Positions 27,038-39,177 of a DNA stretch of 64,000 nucleotides are shown piece by piece. The stretch is from NCBI RefSeq assembly GCF_006345805.1, contig NC_043002.1, positions 40,486,001 through 40,550,000 on the forward strand. The letters are read 5' to 3'. The number at the start of each line of letters is the position of its first letter. Position 1 is the first letter of the stretch. The DNA is from Octopus sinensis (taxonomy: Eukaryota). The translations under genes were made by a program, and so were the position numbers. The notes under the pieces are model-generated. The model made no database searches, was not told where the DNA came from, and saw only the letters and a list, made by a program, of their open reading frames with translations.

Positions 27038-27995
27038 CTGCAAGAATATATCAATAAGTACACAATCAGTAATAAAAACCTTGCCAAGTTTGTGTGAGGA
27101 CCAGAAGGTTACATAATACCAACAATGGCTTTTAGCTTTCATATAGTTTTACATCAATTTCCTGGTCCTACAATACTCCAACAAAATTTCAATGTTTGAA
27201 TATTTATTATTTTATCATATAATTTTTTTTGTGTGTGTAATGCCTCTTATGACATTTTATCTCTAACCACTGAATTATAGCATGTGAAGTGTAAGCAGTA
27301 CTTAGAATATAGACCAACATTTATATTCTAGGCACTGCTTAGAATATAGTGTTGGCTTGAGTTTAGTAAGTGGTGATGTACTGAATGATATACACAAAGG
27401 AAAAAAAGAAAAAGAGAAATAAAAACAAAATACCCTCAAATGAATTTAAACTTGTCTCTTAGAAAAAGAAATCAAAAATGTAGTGTTAAGTTTCAGTAAC
27501 TCTCAAAGAAAAAAAATATTTTCAAGAAATTAAAAAGTAATTCCACCCCAAAAATTATTATTGTAAGTCTTATTTGGGATAAACTAAAGATATAAAATTT
27601 AATACACATTTCTGAGCATTATAATCTATTTATCAACACTGAAATACATTTTACATATTCTAAGTAGTTCATTGGTGTCAAATACAAATTATTTTCTTCT
27701 TTCTTCTTTCTTTCTCCATTTTCCTTCACATACTACTAACTCTAATTTTTCTCATATTGCAAGTTATTTTAAGAATAATTTCAATCAATTACTACCAGCC
27801 TGTCAAAATCAAAGGTATATTTTGTCATATTACTGAGAAAATCATTCAACATCAGTTATTTTATACCCGACATAAAATGTTCCAAGCTCTTGACTGCTTA
27901 ATCTCATACCAGCATATCCATATAAGGTAAAACTTAAAAAGAAATTACAGAAATGAAGTATTTCTCTTTCATAAAATAGAAATTTTAATACTTAC

Positions 27996-28024
27996 TTTAC
28001 ATGAAGATAATTCTTCCGCATTAA
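27996..28024 (-). CDS. CPNE8-like: Copine exon, 29-nt microexon (phase 1 to 0)
   Basis: ttttattgcAG|TT AAT GCG GAA GAA TTA TCT TCA TGT AAA|GTAAGT = NAEELSSCK, the copine 'AEEL' motif; in phase with the next exon. Confidence 0.92.
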
Positions 28025-30031
28025 CTGCAATAAAAAAAATAAAATATGTTTATTTTGTGTCTCAGGAGAATCACTTTTAAGGTGATTTTATAGGAATTAG
28101 TTTTTATTTTTTGTTAATTTTTTTCCCCTCGATTTCATGTCATAGTCAATTTAGGATTCTATTTCCATCATGGACTTGTCTTCAGAAGAGAAAGAGAAAG
28201 AGAGAGAGAGAGAGAGAGGTGTTCAGTTTCAGAATTGAAATAAATAACCTGAAGTTATAACTGTATAATAGACTAGTAAATTGTTAGCTACATTTGCACT
28301 TTTATTTCAAACATTATAATCCAATCAGTGTACAGAAATCTCTGTGTTTGAATTTAGACCCCTGAGCCAAATAATTTTAGCTACAATCTAATAAGGATAA
28401 CACTCGTCAAAATGAAAAAAAATGTCATAAATCAGAGTATCAGTTTCAAAATGAAAGAATTATCATATTTTCGAGCTTACAAGTCAAATTTTTCAGACCA
28501 AAATTTACAGCCCCAGCAAAAAAAAAAAAAGTAGTCAACTTCTGCACCATAACAACTTTGAAAGACCAAAAATTCCATGTGAAATGCAGCAGGATTTGGA
28601 AAGATAGTGAAGCCATTTGAATATTTGTACTATATACTAAGTTGACTTGTATGCCAGAAAATACGGTAATAAAACAAATCTATGAAATTGAATATTTTAT
28701 GATAGTTTGCCTGAAAACTTGCAGCTCACTAAGCAGTTTTTATAGTTTCAAAGAAATGGTTTTTGAGTAGATCATGATACACTTTAGTATAAAAGAATTG
28801 TTAATGCTCAGTCATCAGTGCCAGATATTATTGATGATATTTCTTTTACTGTTTATATCCATTTTTACATGATGTACCTGCGTCGCCTTACTGGCATTTG
28901 TGCTGGAGGCACTTGAAAAAAACATTCGAGCGAGGTCATTGCCAGTGCCACTGGACTGGCTCCTGTGCAGGTGGCACATAAAAAGCACCATTTGAGCGTA
29001 GCCGTTGCCAGTACCGCCTGACTGGCCTTCATGCTGGGGGCATGTAAAAGCACCCACTACAGTCTCGAAGTGGTTGGTGTCAGGAAGGGCATCCAGCTGT
29101 AGAAACTCTGTCAGATCAGATTAGAGTCTGGTGCAGCCATCTGGTTCGCCAGTCCTCAGTCAAATCGTCCAACCCATGCCAGCATGGAAAGCGGACGTTA
29201 AACGATGATGAAGATGATGATCTACATGCGTGGTTTAGTTTATACGTTAGATAAATTCTCTTATTTAACCAAATGACCTTACTTCTAACAGTTGAGTTAT
29301 AAAAAGGAGCATGTGTATTTATTCAACAAGCACAGGTTTAGTTGTGTTGTAAAAAGTTTGCTTCTCAACCACTTGATTTTGGGTTCAATCCCACAGTTTG
29401 ACACCTTGGGTAAATGTTTTCTACTATAGCCCCAGGTTGACCAAAGCCTTGTGAGTGAATCTGGTAGACAAAAGTTGAAAAAAGCCCATGTATATTTAAA
29501 AATGTATGTATGTGTGTGTTGGTTGGGTGCATGTATGCATATTTGTGTGAGTGCATCTCTGTCTTCTTGACTTGAGATCATGTGGTAGTAGTAAACAAGT
29601 GTCACTGTCATGCAAGCAGTATCCTTCATTTCCTATCTTCCAAGACGTGTCTGGTCATGGGGAAGTTTTTACCATATTTAAAAATAGGTAAGGATTAGTG
29701 ATGGAAAGTGTCACTGAGGAACTTACAAATGTGTGACGAAAGATTTCCAGACAATGGACATGAGTTAAAATAAGAATAGTATGAGTGAAGAACAAATATA
29801 AAGGGTGTGTGCTTATTTGGCAAAAAAAAAAAATTTGACCATCCTGAAATAAACAATATCTGTTTCAACACATGACTTCACATCAGGAATCTTGCAACAC
29901 AAATTTATAAATGTGTGTGTAGTGTATGTGTGTGTGCATATTTATGCATACACACATGTATCTATACATACATACATGCACACACATATACATGGCACTT
30001 TATACAAACAGCAAAGAAAAGGTATATATTT

Positions 30032-30258
30032 CTTTACTGCCCAGAAGGGGCTAAACATAGAGGGGACAAACAAGGACAGACGAAGGGATTGAGTCGATTA
30101 TATCAACCCCAGTGCGAAACTGGTACTTTATCTATCGACCCCGAAAGGATGAAAGGCAAAGTTGACCTCGGCGGAATTTGAACTCAGAACGTAACGACAG
30201 ACGAAATACCGCTAAGCACTTCGCCCGGTGCGCTAACGTGTCTGCCAACTCGCCGCCT
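30032..30258 (-). mobile_element. tRNA-derived SINE family A
   Basis: Core ttctgagttcaaattccgccgaggtcaactttgcctttcatcctttcggggtcgata. Further copies at about 19600-19770(+), 34395-34575(+), 36935-37145(+), 38030-38240(+), 41750-41955(-), 42285-42490(+), 47575-47802(-), 47854-48064(+), 53680-53915(-). Confidence 0.85.
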
Positions 30259-30329
30259 AAGCAAAGAAAAGGTATAGACTAAGTTCTGAGCCTTACAGAG
30301 AAAAGAAAAAAACTTATGGTTAAGGGAAC

Positions 30330-30960
30330 ACACGTCATAATTCACAGCAAACATAAAAAAGAAAACTTGAGGAATTTCTAAATTCAAAAAGAGATCAAAA
30401 TATAACCATCTCCTATGTAAGCTAACACAAAAAAATGTACCAAGTGCAGACGTGACAATATTGGTAAAAGAAGGCATTGGAATGTTAGCTAAATGAGTGG
30501 ATTTAAAGTGACATAAAAGTGGTATGAGTTAGAGGCAGTGATGGTGATTAATAACAAGATTTTATGGGATTTCTGCATAAAACTAACCATATTATTGAAA
30601 CATGGAGACCAGATATGATTGTAGAGGACCAAATGGGGAAAAAAAAATTGTAAGCTCATAGACTCTGCAATACCATATGATAATAGTGTGGTTACAAAAG
30701 AAATGGAGAAAATTTCAAAATTTCAGGGCTAAACAAGAAAAATTAAGGGATTGGGGAAGAGAGAGGTAACAGTTGTTCCAGTGGCAATTGGTGCACTTGG
30801 CTTGACGTCCAAACTGCTACCCAAGAGGCTGATGGTAATGGAACTGAGACACACTTTGTTCACTAGTAGAAGAGTGGTGTCTTGTATTCTGCAAGAATCC
30901 TAGGAAAGATTTTTGAGATTTGAGGTGATTTACTTTCACCAAACCATAAGACAACATCAC
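30330..30960 (+). mobile_element. RLE-endonuclease non-LTR retrotransposon 3' fragment (R4/Dong/NeSL-like)
   Basis: Degenerate ...KILWDF...RPDMIVE...LIDSAIPYD...KEMEKISKF...VTVVPVAIGALG, i.e. a PD-(D/E)xK restriction-like endonuclease region. Confidence 0.8.
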
Positions 30961-31032
30961 CTGCAAAATAGCATATAACAACAACAATAATTGTTGTCAT
31001 TGTAGTTGCCATCATCATCAGCAGCAGTAGCA

Positions 31033-31392
31033 GGAGGCACAATGGCCCAGTGGTTAGGGCAGTGGACTTGCGGTCTGAGAATCACGGTTTCGATTCCCAG
31101 ATTGGGTGTTGTGTGTGTTTATTGAGCGAAAACACCTAAAGCTCCATGAGGTTCCGGCAGGGGGTGGTGGCGACTCCTGTTGTACTCTTTCACTCCAACT
31201 TTCTCTCACTCTTTCTTCCTGTTTCTTGTCCCTGACTTCCTACGCAACTGCTGAGCCTGGATGCGCATTCATCCATCCATCGATGCTCTCTGTGTCGGGG
31301 GTTGACCTGCTTTCTCTTCTGCGGGTCTTACAAACAGCAAAGGACCATATCTCGGACTTCTCCCAGGCGCTCAACAAACAAACAAACAAAGC
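31033..31392 (+). mobile_element. tRNA-derived SINE family D (variant 3' end, (AAAC)n tail)
   Basis: A box tggcccagtggttaggg and B box ggtttcgattccc; the first about 190 nt are shared with 32445-32815. Confidence 0.8.
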
Positions 31393-32157
31393 AGCAGTAG
31401 CAGCTTCTTTCAACATCCATTTTCATACGAACATGGATTTGACAAATTATATCCAACAATAAAGGGAAATAAATTAAATGTAGATAGAGGTTGTCAAATT
31501 ATGAATGATGATACAAGAAATGTAGTTGATCTTAACAACACACTATATATAAAATTTTAAGTTCCTGAAGCTGGGCTTTGAAATATCACTCTTAGCTATC
31601 TTTTTAGCTGGCTCCGGCTGACAGTACCCAGTGTGGGCCCCTATCCAGGGTTACACAATGGAGACAACCTTCACAAAAATCTGGAGTGGAGCCCCATAGG
31701 CAGTTTAGTGTTCGACTCGACACTCTTCCGGCAGCTCCTGCAACCAAGCTGGTGCCAAACGTAATGCTCTGCATTCTCTTGGATTATGTCAGCAAGATCG
31801 AGAGAGGAAACCTGATGATTGGGCTACCCAGGATTTTGTTACATCTAGCCCAGGCCTGCGCAAAACTGGAGAGGACATGAAATGTAAAAACTAGACTGGA
31901 TTAGTTTATGCGCAACTCCATTGTCTCCCGAGACAAAAGGATGCCAACAATATATAATTTTAATTATTTGAAAATTGTAGCAGTTATTTAGAAAGTTCCA
32001 GTATGTAAGTAATTTTTCTCTGGAAGTTTAGAAGGATTTGGACAGCTTGAATGAAAGCACATGTATATTTGCCATGTTTTTCAGTCTTCTAATTGGTAGT
32101 CAGTCCTTTCCAGATTGTCATAAAGTACATCACAATGGAGAAGGTCATACTTAAGAT

Positions 32158-32399
32158 CAGTGGTTCCCAACAATTTTTTTGCCTATGGACCCCTTTGATT
32201 CCTATTTTACTTTACTGGACCTTCATAACCATTCAATGTATATTAAAAGAAAAATCCTGCTGTATTTTTATAATTAAATATTATTAGGAACTGTATAAAA
32301 AAAATATTTTGTGCATTGTAGAATTATAACCAATTTATTGCACATAAATTTTAGCAACAAAATGGCCATATGGCCCACAAGCCTGGTTGAAAACCATTA
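32158..32399. mobile_element. hAT-type MITE
   Basis: CAGTGGTTCCCAAC ... GTTGAAAACCATTA; 8-bp flanks CTTAAGAT / CTTTTGAT (6/8 match). Confidence 0.75.
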
Positions 32400-32444
32400 C
32401 TTTTGATCATCTTGCAATTGATGAATCGGTATATTTATATTTGT

Positions 32445-32815
32445 GGAGGTGCAATGGCCCAGTGGTTAGGGCAGTGGACTCGCAGTCGTAGGATTGCGGT
32501 TTTGATTCCCAGACTGGGCGTTGTGAGTGTTTATTGAGTGAAAACACCTAAAGTTCCACAAGGCTCTGGCAGTGGATGGTGGTGAACCCTGCTGTACTCT
32601 TTCACCACAACTTTCTCTCACTCTTTCTTCCTATTTTTGTTGTACCTGTATTTCAAAGGGCCAGCCTTGTCACACTCTGAATCTCCCTGAGAACTACATT
32701 AAGGGTACATGTGTCTGTGGAGTGCTCAGTCACTTGCACATTAATTTCACGAGCAGGTTGTTCCATTGATCGGATCAACTGGAACCCTCATCGTTGTAAC
32801 CGACAGAGTGCCAAC
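32445..32815 (+). mobile_element. tRNA-derived SINE family D, full length
   Basis: Pol III A/B boxes; the 3' part also appears reversed at about 25650-25760. Confidence 0.8.
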
Positions 32816-35531
32816 CATATTTACATTTATGTGTGAAGACTGCTAACCCTCCTTGTTGGATTTTTTCAGTAACCATCTTATTCACGAAAAATTATCAAAT
32901 TATCAATGGAACTACAACGCTATTTAAGGCTTATAGTAAGTTTCCAAGTTATCATCTTGTAGTTTTAGAACAGCACCATTATAAAATGGTCATTATCATC
33001 ATCATCATCGTTATTGTTTCAACGTCCACTTTTCTATGCTTGCATGGGTAAAACAAATTTGCAAGTAAGGTAATATTTCCCTGTAACCAAAGTTGTTTTA
33101 GAAGACTGGAAATGAAAGACACTTCTTGTATGATAGTAACACTTGTTTACAATCCTCATGTGATGCCAAGGCAAGGAAGCAGTAACTCCTCCCCCCCACC
33201 TATGTGTCATCATCATTATCATCGTTTAACATCTGTTTTCCATGCTGGCATGGGTTGGACGGTTTGACTGAGGACTGGCCAGCCAATAGATTGTATCATG
33301 CTTCAATCTGATCCGGCAAGGTTTCTACAGCTGGATGCCCTTCCTAATGCCAACCACTCCAAGAGCGTAATGTGTGCTTTTTACATGTCACCAGCATGGG
33401 AGCTAGTCAGGGGCACAAATACATACGATGAACTTCAATGAATTTCATTCAGTTTGTCAAATCCATTCACAAGCCTTCGGCCGACTTGGGACTGTAGTCA
33501 AAGATACTTGCCCAAGGTGCAATGCAATGGGACTGAACCCAGAACTATATGATTGGGAAACAAACTTCTAATCACAGAGTCACACTGGTGTTTGGTCTTC
33601 TTTTTTTATATCCTAGATCAAGATAAATCATGATTGTCTAAATGAGTGTAATTCAATATAACTTTATAAGAATAAATAACAGTAACTCAGGTTATGTAAA
33701 AAGAAATCCTTGATATCAAATGGACAATGTTTTCTGAAGCCTCTTAATGAAACGAATTGACTTCAACATGACCTACAGTCAGATCATATCCCCATTTATA
33801 GAAATTTTAAACTGTTTCAACTTTAAGCTAGCATTTGACTGACACCCTGTAAAGAATTCTTCTTCTATTCTCCTAACACGCTATCTTTTATGATACCATT
33901 ATGCGATGTGCATGAGAGAGGATATTTTAAGAGATTAATGCTGGAGGTTGAACTTGTGACTGTAAGAGGAAATATTTTCATAAAGCATTTACAGAGTAAC
34001 TGACAAATGCAATTTTATTTCATGTCTGAATAATAAACCAGGCACATAGTGCTTCAGGAAATAGGATGATTTGATTAACTTGTTTAAGATTATGATGGAC
34101 TATGGATGATTACAGCACAACAAATTCTTCAAGTTCAATTATGTTAAGTACTTGGAGTGAAAGAACACTGCCACAAGATATTCAGGGAATTCTTTCAAAT
34201 GGTAAATGGTGAAAAGAAAACCTTAAAAAACTAAAACTGCAAAGGTAAATTTCTACAAAGGTTGTATTAGCAAAGTTTATATTTTTTGCTACACATTTGT
34301 TTTTATTAAGATGCGTCCATGCTTAAGTGGAAAATTGATATTTAAAATTAATAGTTAATCTAACAATTAGGATTATTATTATTATTATAATCCTTTGTTG
34401 GCAGAATTGTTAGTACAACAGGCAAAATGCTTAGCAACACTTTGTCCAGCTTTAAGTTCTGAGTTCAAATTCCACTGAGGTCGACTTTGTCTTTCATCCT
34501 TTGTAGAGTTGATAAAATAAATACCAGTTGACTAATTGACTACCCAACGACCAAAATTTCAAGCACTGTATCTAGAGGAGAAAGGATTATAATTTCTTTC
34601 ATTTATTCAGCATTTCATTGTTGTTCTGCCAGTATCAGATTGCTAAATATCAAGATGCAATAAACCTTAATTATTTAATGCCTTTCTTTAGCATCCTTGC
34701 TATGTGAAAAAAAAAGAAATAAAAAGGCTTTTTTTAGAGTCAAGAAATTCACCTCAATATCTTACATTATCAAGCTACATTTCAAACTTCTTGAGACTGT
34801 TCATAAGGTTCCTATAAACCATAATAAAATTCAGTGCCACAGCAATAATAACATCCTTGATGGAACAGTTTTACTTTAACCGTTTTGTTACCTGCCTTTG
34901 TTTCAATTAATTTTGAAAATATTTTAGAATTTAGCAAAATAAATTTGTCGTTATTAAGCAGGCATTTTGGAATATAAATTAACAAGGAATTTTTATGGAG
35001 AGTTTTAATTTAGATCACTTTGAAACAGTGCATTTGTATCATAGAACCAGAGATGTTAGACAGGCTAAACAAAAGGGTTAACCACTGATGTCTTTGGAAA
35101 AATTATTAACATTACATCTAAATTTTCTGTGTTTTCTGAATGTGAGGAGATAACTTGTCTAAAAAAAAAAAACCCATTGTTACTGTTATCATAATAAGAG
35201 TAGATTAAAGTGTTTCAATGAAGTTACTTAACTAGCTGATGTCTTTAAAATGGCAAAAGACATGCTAATTATAGCAATTACAACACTGAACAAATGTATG
35301 ATTAAGACTGACACACTGGATACCTTAAGTATGTGTCCAGTCCACAATAATATATTAATACAGACATACTGGCATCACTGTGAGGTAAAATGTTTGCTTC
35401 TCAACCACATGGTTTCATGTTCAGTCCCATCACATGGTATCTCAAGCAAGTGTCATCTACTATAGCCTTGAGCTGATAAAGCCTTGTGAGTAGATTTGGT
35501 AGAAGGAAACTGAAAGAAGCCCATTGTATAT

Positions 35532-35563
<32 letters not shown>

Positions 35564-36327
35564 ACATGCATATGTGTGTGTACACACATATAGTAGAAGG
35601 TGCTGTTCTGACGATTATCACGCCCATAGTTTTCTTCAAATAGTATATCTAAAAGTATATTGTGTAATATTCCCTTTCTTATAAAAAGAAAAAGAAAAAA
35701 AGTAGCAGTCTAATATCACATTTTACCGCCTTTAAAAAAGGTGCTAGTGTGTGATCTGAGGGATATTACATTGTTATTTCTAGCAGGCTCAGCAACCATG
35801 TAGCAGTTCCTTCACTGGGGCACTGACAAATTTTGTATTGGTTAGTATGAAGAAATCATCATCATTTTAATGTCTACTTTTCTATGCTTGCAAGGGTCGG
35901 GCAGAGTACTGGGGTAGATTTTCTACAGCCAGATGCCTTTCCTATCGCTAACCCTCACTTGTTTCTAAACAAGGTAATATTTCCCCATAGTCAGACATGT
36001 TTTTGTAGAATATTGGAAATGAATGACACTGCTTGTATGAGAGTAACAATCATTTTACAACCATCATATGATTTCAAGACAAGGAGGCACAAATACACAC
36101 ACACATACGATGGGTTTCTATCAGATTCTGTCTATGAAATTCACTCACAAGGCTTTGGTCAGCCTAGGGCAATAGCAGAAGATACTGGCCTGAAGTACTA
36201 TGCAGTGGGATTGAACCCAGAAGCAGTAAATGTTATATTCGAATATTATAGTTGTTGTTGTTGCTACCGCTATAACTAACACAATCATCTTAATCATCGT
36301 CATTATTATAATTCTATAACAATTCAT

Positions 36328-36663
36328 GTGAAAGCGCATGGCTCAGTGGTTAGAGCGTCGAGCTTATGATCGTGAGGTTGTGAGCTTGAATCCCGGACCA
36401 GGCTGTGTGTTGTGTTCTTGAGCAAGACACTTTATTTCATGTTGCTCCAGTTCACTCAGCTGTAGAAATGAGTTGCAACACCACAGGTGCCAAGCTGTAT
36501 CAGCCGTTGCCTTTCCCTTAGATAACACAGGTGGCGTAGAGAGGGGAGGCTGGTATGCATGGGCGACTGCTGGTCTTCCATAAACAACCTTGCCCAGACT
36601 GTGCCTGGGAGGGTAACTTTCTAGGTGCAATCCCATGGTCTGTGTCGTGACCGAAGGGGTCTC
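36328..36663 (+). mobile_element. tRNA-derived SINE family C with CORE-like central domain
   Basis: Head ggctcagtggttagagcg...gaatccc, then ttgagcaagacacttta...cagctgtagaaatgag (CORE-like). A highly similar inverted copy lies at 53279-53606. Confidence 0.82.
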
Positions 36664-37432
36664 AGATAACAATTCATAGAGAATGCTAACACATAGCTCA
36701 TCAGGAATGTGCATTAGTTCTTGCTGTAGAAATATGTTGGGTTTCCATGATGTATTATTCTTATGTATCTGTAACTATAGCAGCTATAAAAACTGCTGTT
36801 ATTTTTCACACACATTAAGTTTAGCTGATTCAATCAATCCAAATTGCAACAGAATTATTTGCAATCAAAATAGAAAGATTCAGCATTTGGTACCAAACCT
36901 CATCATGGTTAGCATGACATTATATTAACACATGTAAGGCAGCAAGATGGCAGAAATGTTAGCATGCCGGGCAAAATACTTAGCAGTATTTTATCTGTTT
37001 TTATGTTCTGAATTCAAATTCTGCTGAGGTTGACTTTGCCTTTCATCCTTTTGGGGTCGATAAATTAAATAGCAGTTGTGTACTGGGGTCGATCTAATCA
37101 ACTGGGCCCCTCCTCCAAAATTTCGGGCCTTGTGCCTAGAGTAAAAAAGATTATGTTATCACTTGTAGCTGCTTCTTTTTTATTATGAAAACACTGGTGG
37201 GCACTGTAGAAAGGAAGTAAGTTCTAGACATATTGAATCAGAAATTAAGTTTTAATTCTTGATTACAACTGGGTATTTTTTTACCTCATTTTCATTACGA
37301 ATGCTTTAAAGAAAGGTAGACTTATAAAGGCAGTAAGTTCTCATACTATTTCCTAAAATAATATTGTTTAACCAGTATAGCTGTCTGATTAGGAGGCTTG
37401 CTTTGGAACCACACAATTCCTGGTTTGATCTC

Positions 37433-37675
37433 ACTAAAAATGAACCTGACTGCTCTCAAAAATTAAGTAAAAAACACGGAAAATAACCCAGAATTATTCT
37501 TGTCTGGTACCATATCGATCCCAAAATCTAATCAGTTTGTGGTAGTCATAAGACCAAACATCTCTGAAAGTTTCATCTGAATCCATTCAGTGGTTCTTGA
37601 GATATCTTGTCCATGGACAAACAAACAAACACAACTGACAACAATACCTCTGCCTTTGCTAAGGCAGAGGTAGTA
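37433..37675 (+). mobile_element. Helitron/Helentron-like non-autonomous element end
   Basis: aaagtttcatctgaatcc...cttgagatatc, then (ACAA)n, then a perfect 12-bp hairpin TACCTCTGCCTT-tgct-AAGGCAGAGGTA (37645-37672). Confidence 0.6.
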
Positions 37676-38951
37676 AGTCTTTAAAATAGAATTAAAATAT
37701 CATTACTAGAGCAAATGGAGTTAGTAAGTACAATCAGTGGCAAGCAGTACTGTTTTGTATTATTTAGCTTGATATTTTAACCCTTTGCCCAAGCTTAGTA
37801 TCACATTTGATAGACAGGATATATTTCCTGGCCTCCAGGCATCATGTATTATATACACACCCAATATTTTTCAATCACCAGAGTAACTTGAGACTTTTGA
37901 AAGGAAAGCTTTATAATACAAAGAACATATGAAACAACGGCTAACTAAAAGTTTAAAAACAAGCATGGACATCCTTGAAATTGCTGGCCTTGTGCTAAAG
38001 TTTGAAATTAATATTACTGTCAATCATGGAAGGTGGTAAGTAGCAAAACTGTTAGTCTGCTGGGCAAAATGCTTAGCAGCATTTCGTCTGTCTTTATGTT
38101 CTGAATTCAAATCTCACTAAGGTCAACTTGCCTTTCATCTTTTTGAGGGTTGATGAAATAAGCACCAGTGGAGCACTGGGTTCTATGTAATTAACTAGCT
38201 AGCTCCCCACAAAATTTCAGGTCTTGTGCCTATAGTAGAAAGAAAGACTATTACTATCAATCAAATACTGGGAATAATGTAATCAATGATATCCTCCCCA
38301 AAATGTGTGACCTTATATCACCATTATCATTTGAGATGACGTCAGTAGCATGTGATAGATATCAATATACATTGTACTGAACATTATATTATTTGCTTTG
38401 TAAAACCAATGCTACATTTTTTTAACTGATAATACACAATAACACAAACCAATGAGGGAGCATCTACATGGTTACTCAACCTATAAGAAATAGTAGCTAG
38501 TCTTACACAAATTATATGCTACTGTCTTTAAAAGCAAAGAACACATTGCAGAAAGTAGTCTTGTGTACACTTAATAAGAGGTGGAATGCCTGTGATTACA
38601 AAGCTGTTCAATCTGGGCTGACCTGTTGTTAAATATTTGCAGTATGTACTAGGATGTAGATTAACAACTGACTGAGTTGCTGGAATGTCAATATACTGGA
38701 TGACAGGTTGATAGTGTAAAGGCCTATCTCAAGTGTATATCTTCCAAAGTCACTTAGCATTCAATGTGTCAGTTAGTCATGCATAAATAAGGAGGTGCAG
38801 TTCACAGCTGTAAGAAATATGTGAATTGTAGAATTGACAAGTTTTACCACAAGAGTGAAATAATAACATTGACAGTCATAGATTAAAGTGATTTTTACTT
38901 TTTGATAGGGTATTGGTAAGAGTTTTTTCTTTAGGGTTTTCATTAATTAGA

Positions 38952-39177
38952 ATATTAATAGCAATCACCAAGCTAACATGGCAGTCCAGAAAAATAGGAT
39001 GAATGCTGTCATTGATTAGCTCCATGTGTCCATTATAACCTTCGAACATGTTATAATTGACACAGGTTCATGTATCACATAGCTAGCTAGAGGCGATGGC
39101 CTCTTGGAGCTAATCAACAGCAGCATTTATCCTATTTTTCTGGACTGCCATGTTAGCTTGGCGATAACTATTAATAT
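38952..39177. mobile_element. Hairpin MITE-like element with 73-bp inverted arms
   Basis: 38952-39024 is the reverse complement of 39105-39177 with few mismatches. Confidence 0.8.

Noticed and set aside
34766-34811. AG...GTAAG-bounded 46-nt segment in the big intron
   Set aside because: Stops in all three frames; treated as a pseudo-exon.
31033-36400. tRNA-like sequences with A/B boxes (31033, 32445, 36335 and others)
   Set aside because: They continue into SINE bodies and lack an acceptor stem; these are SINE heads, not tRNA genes.
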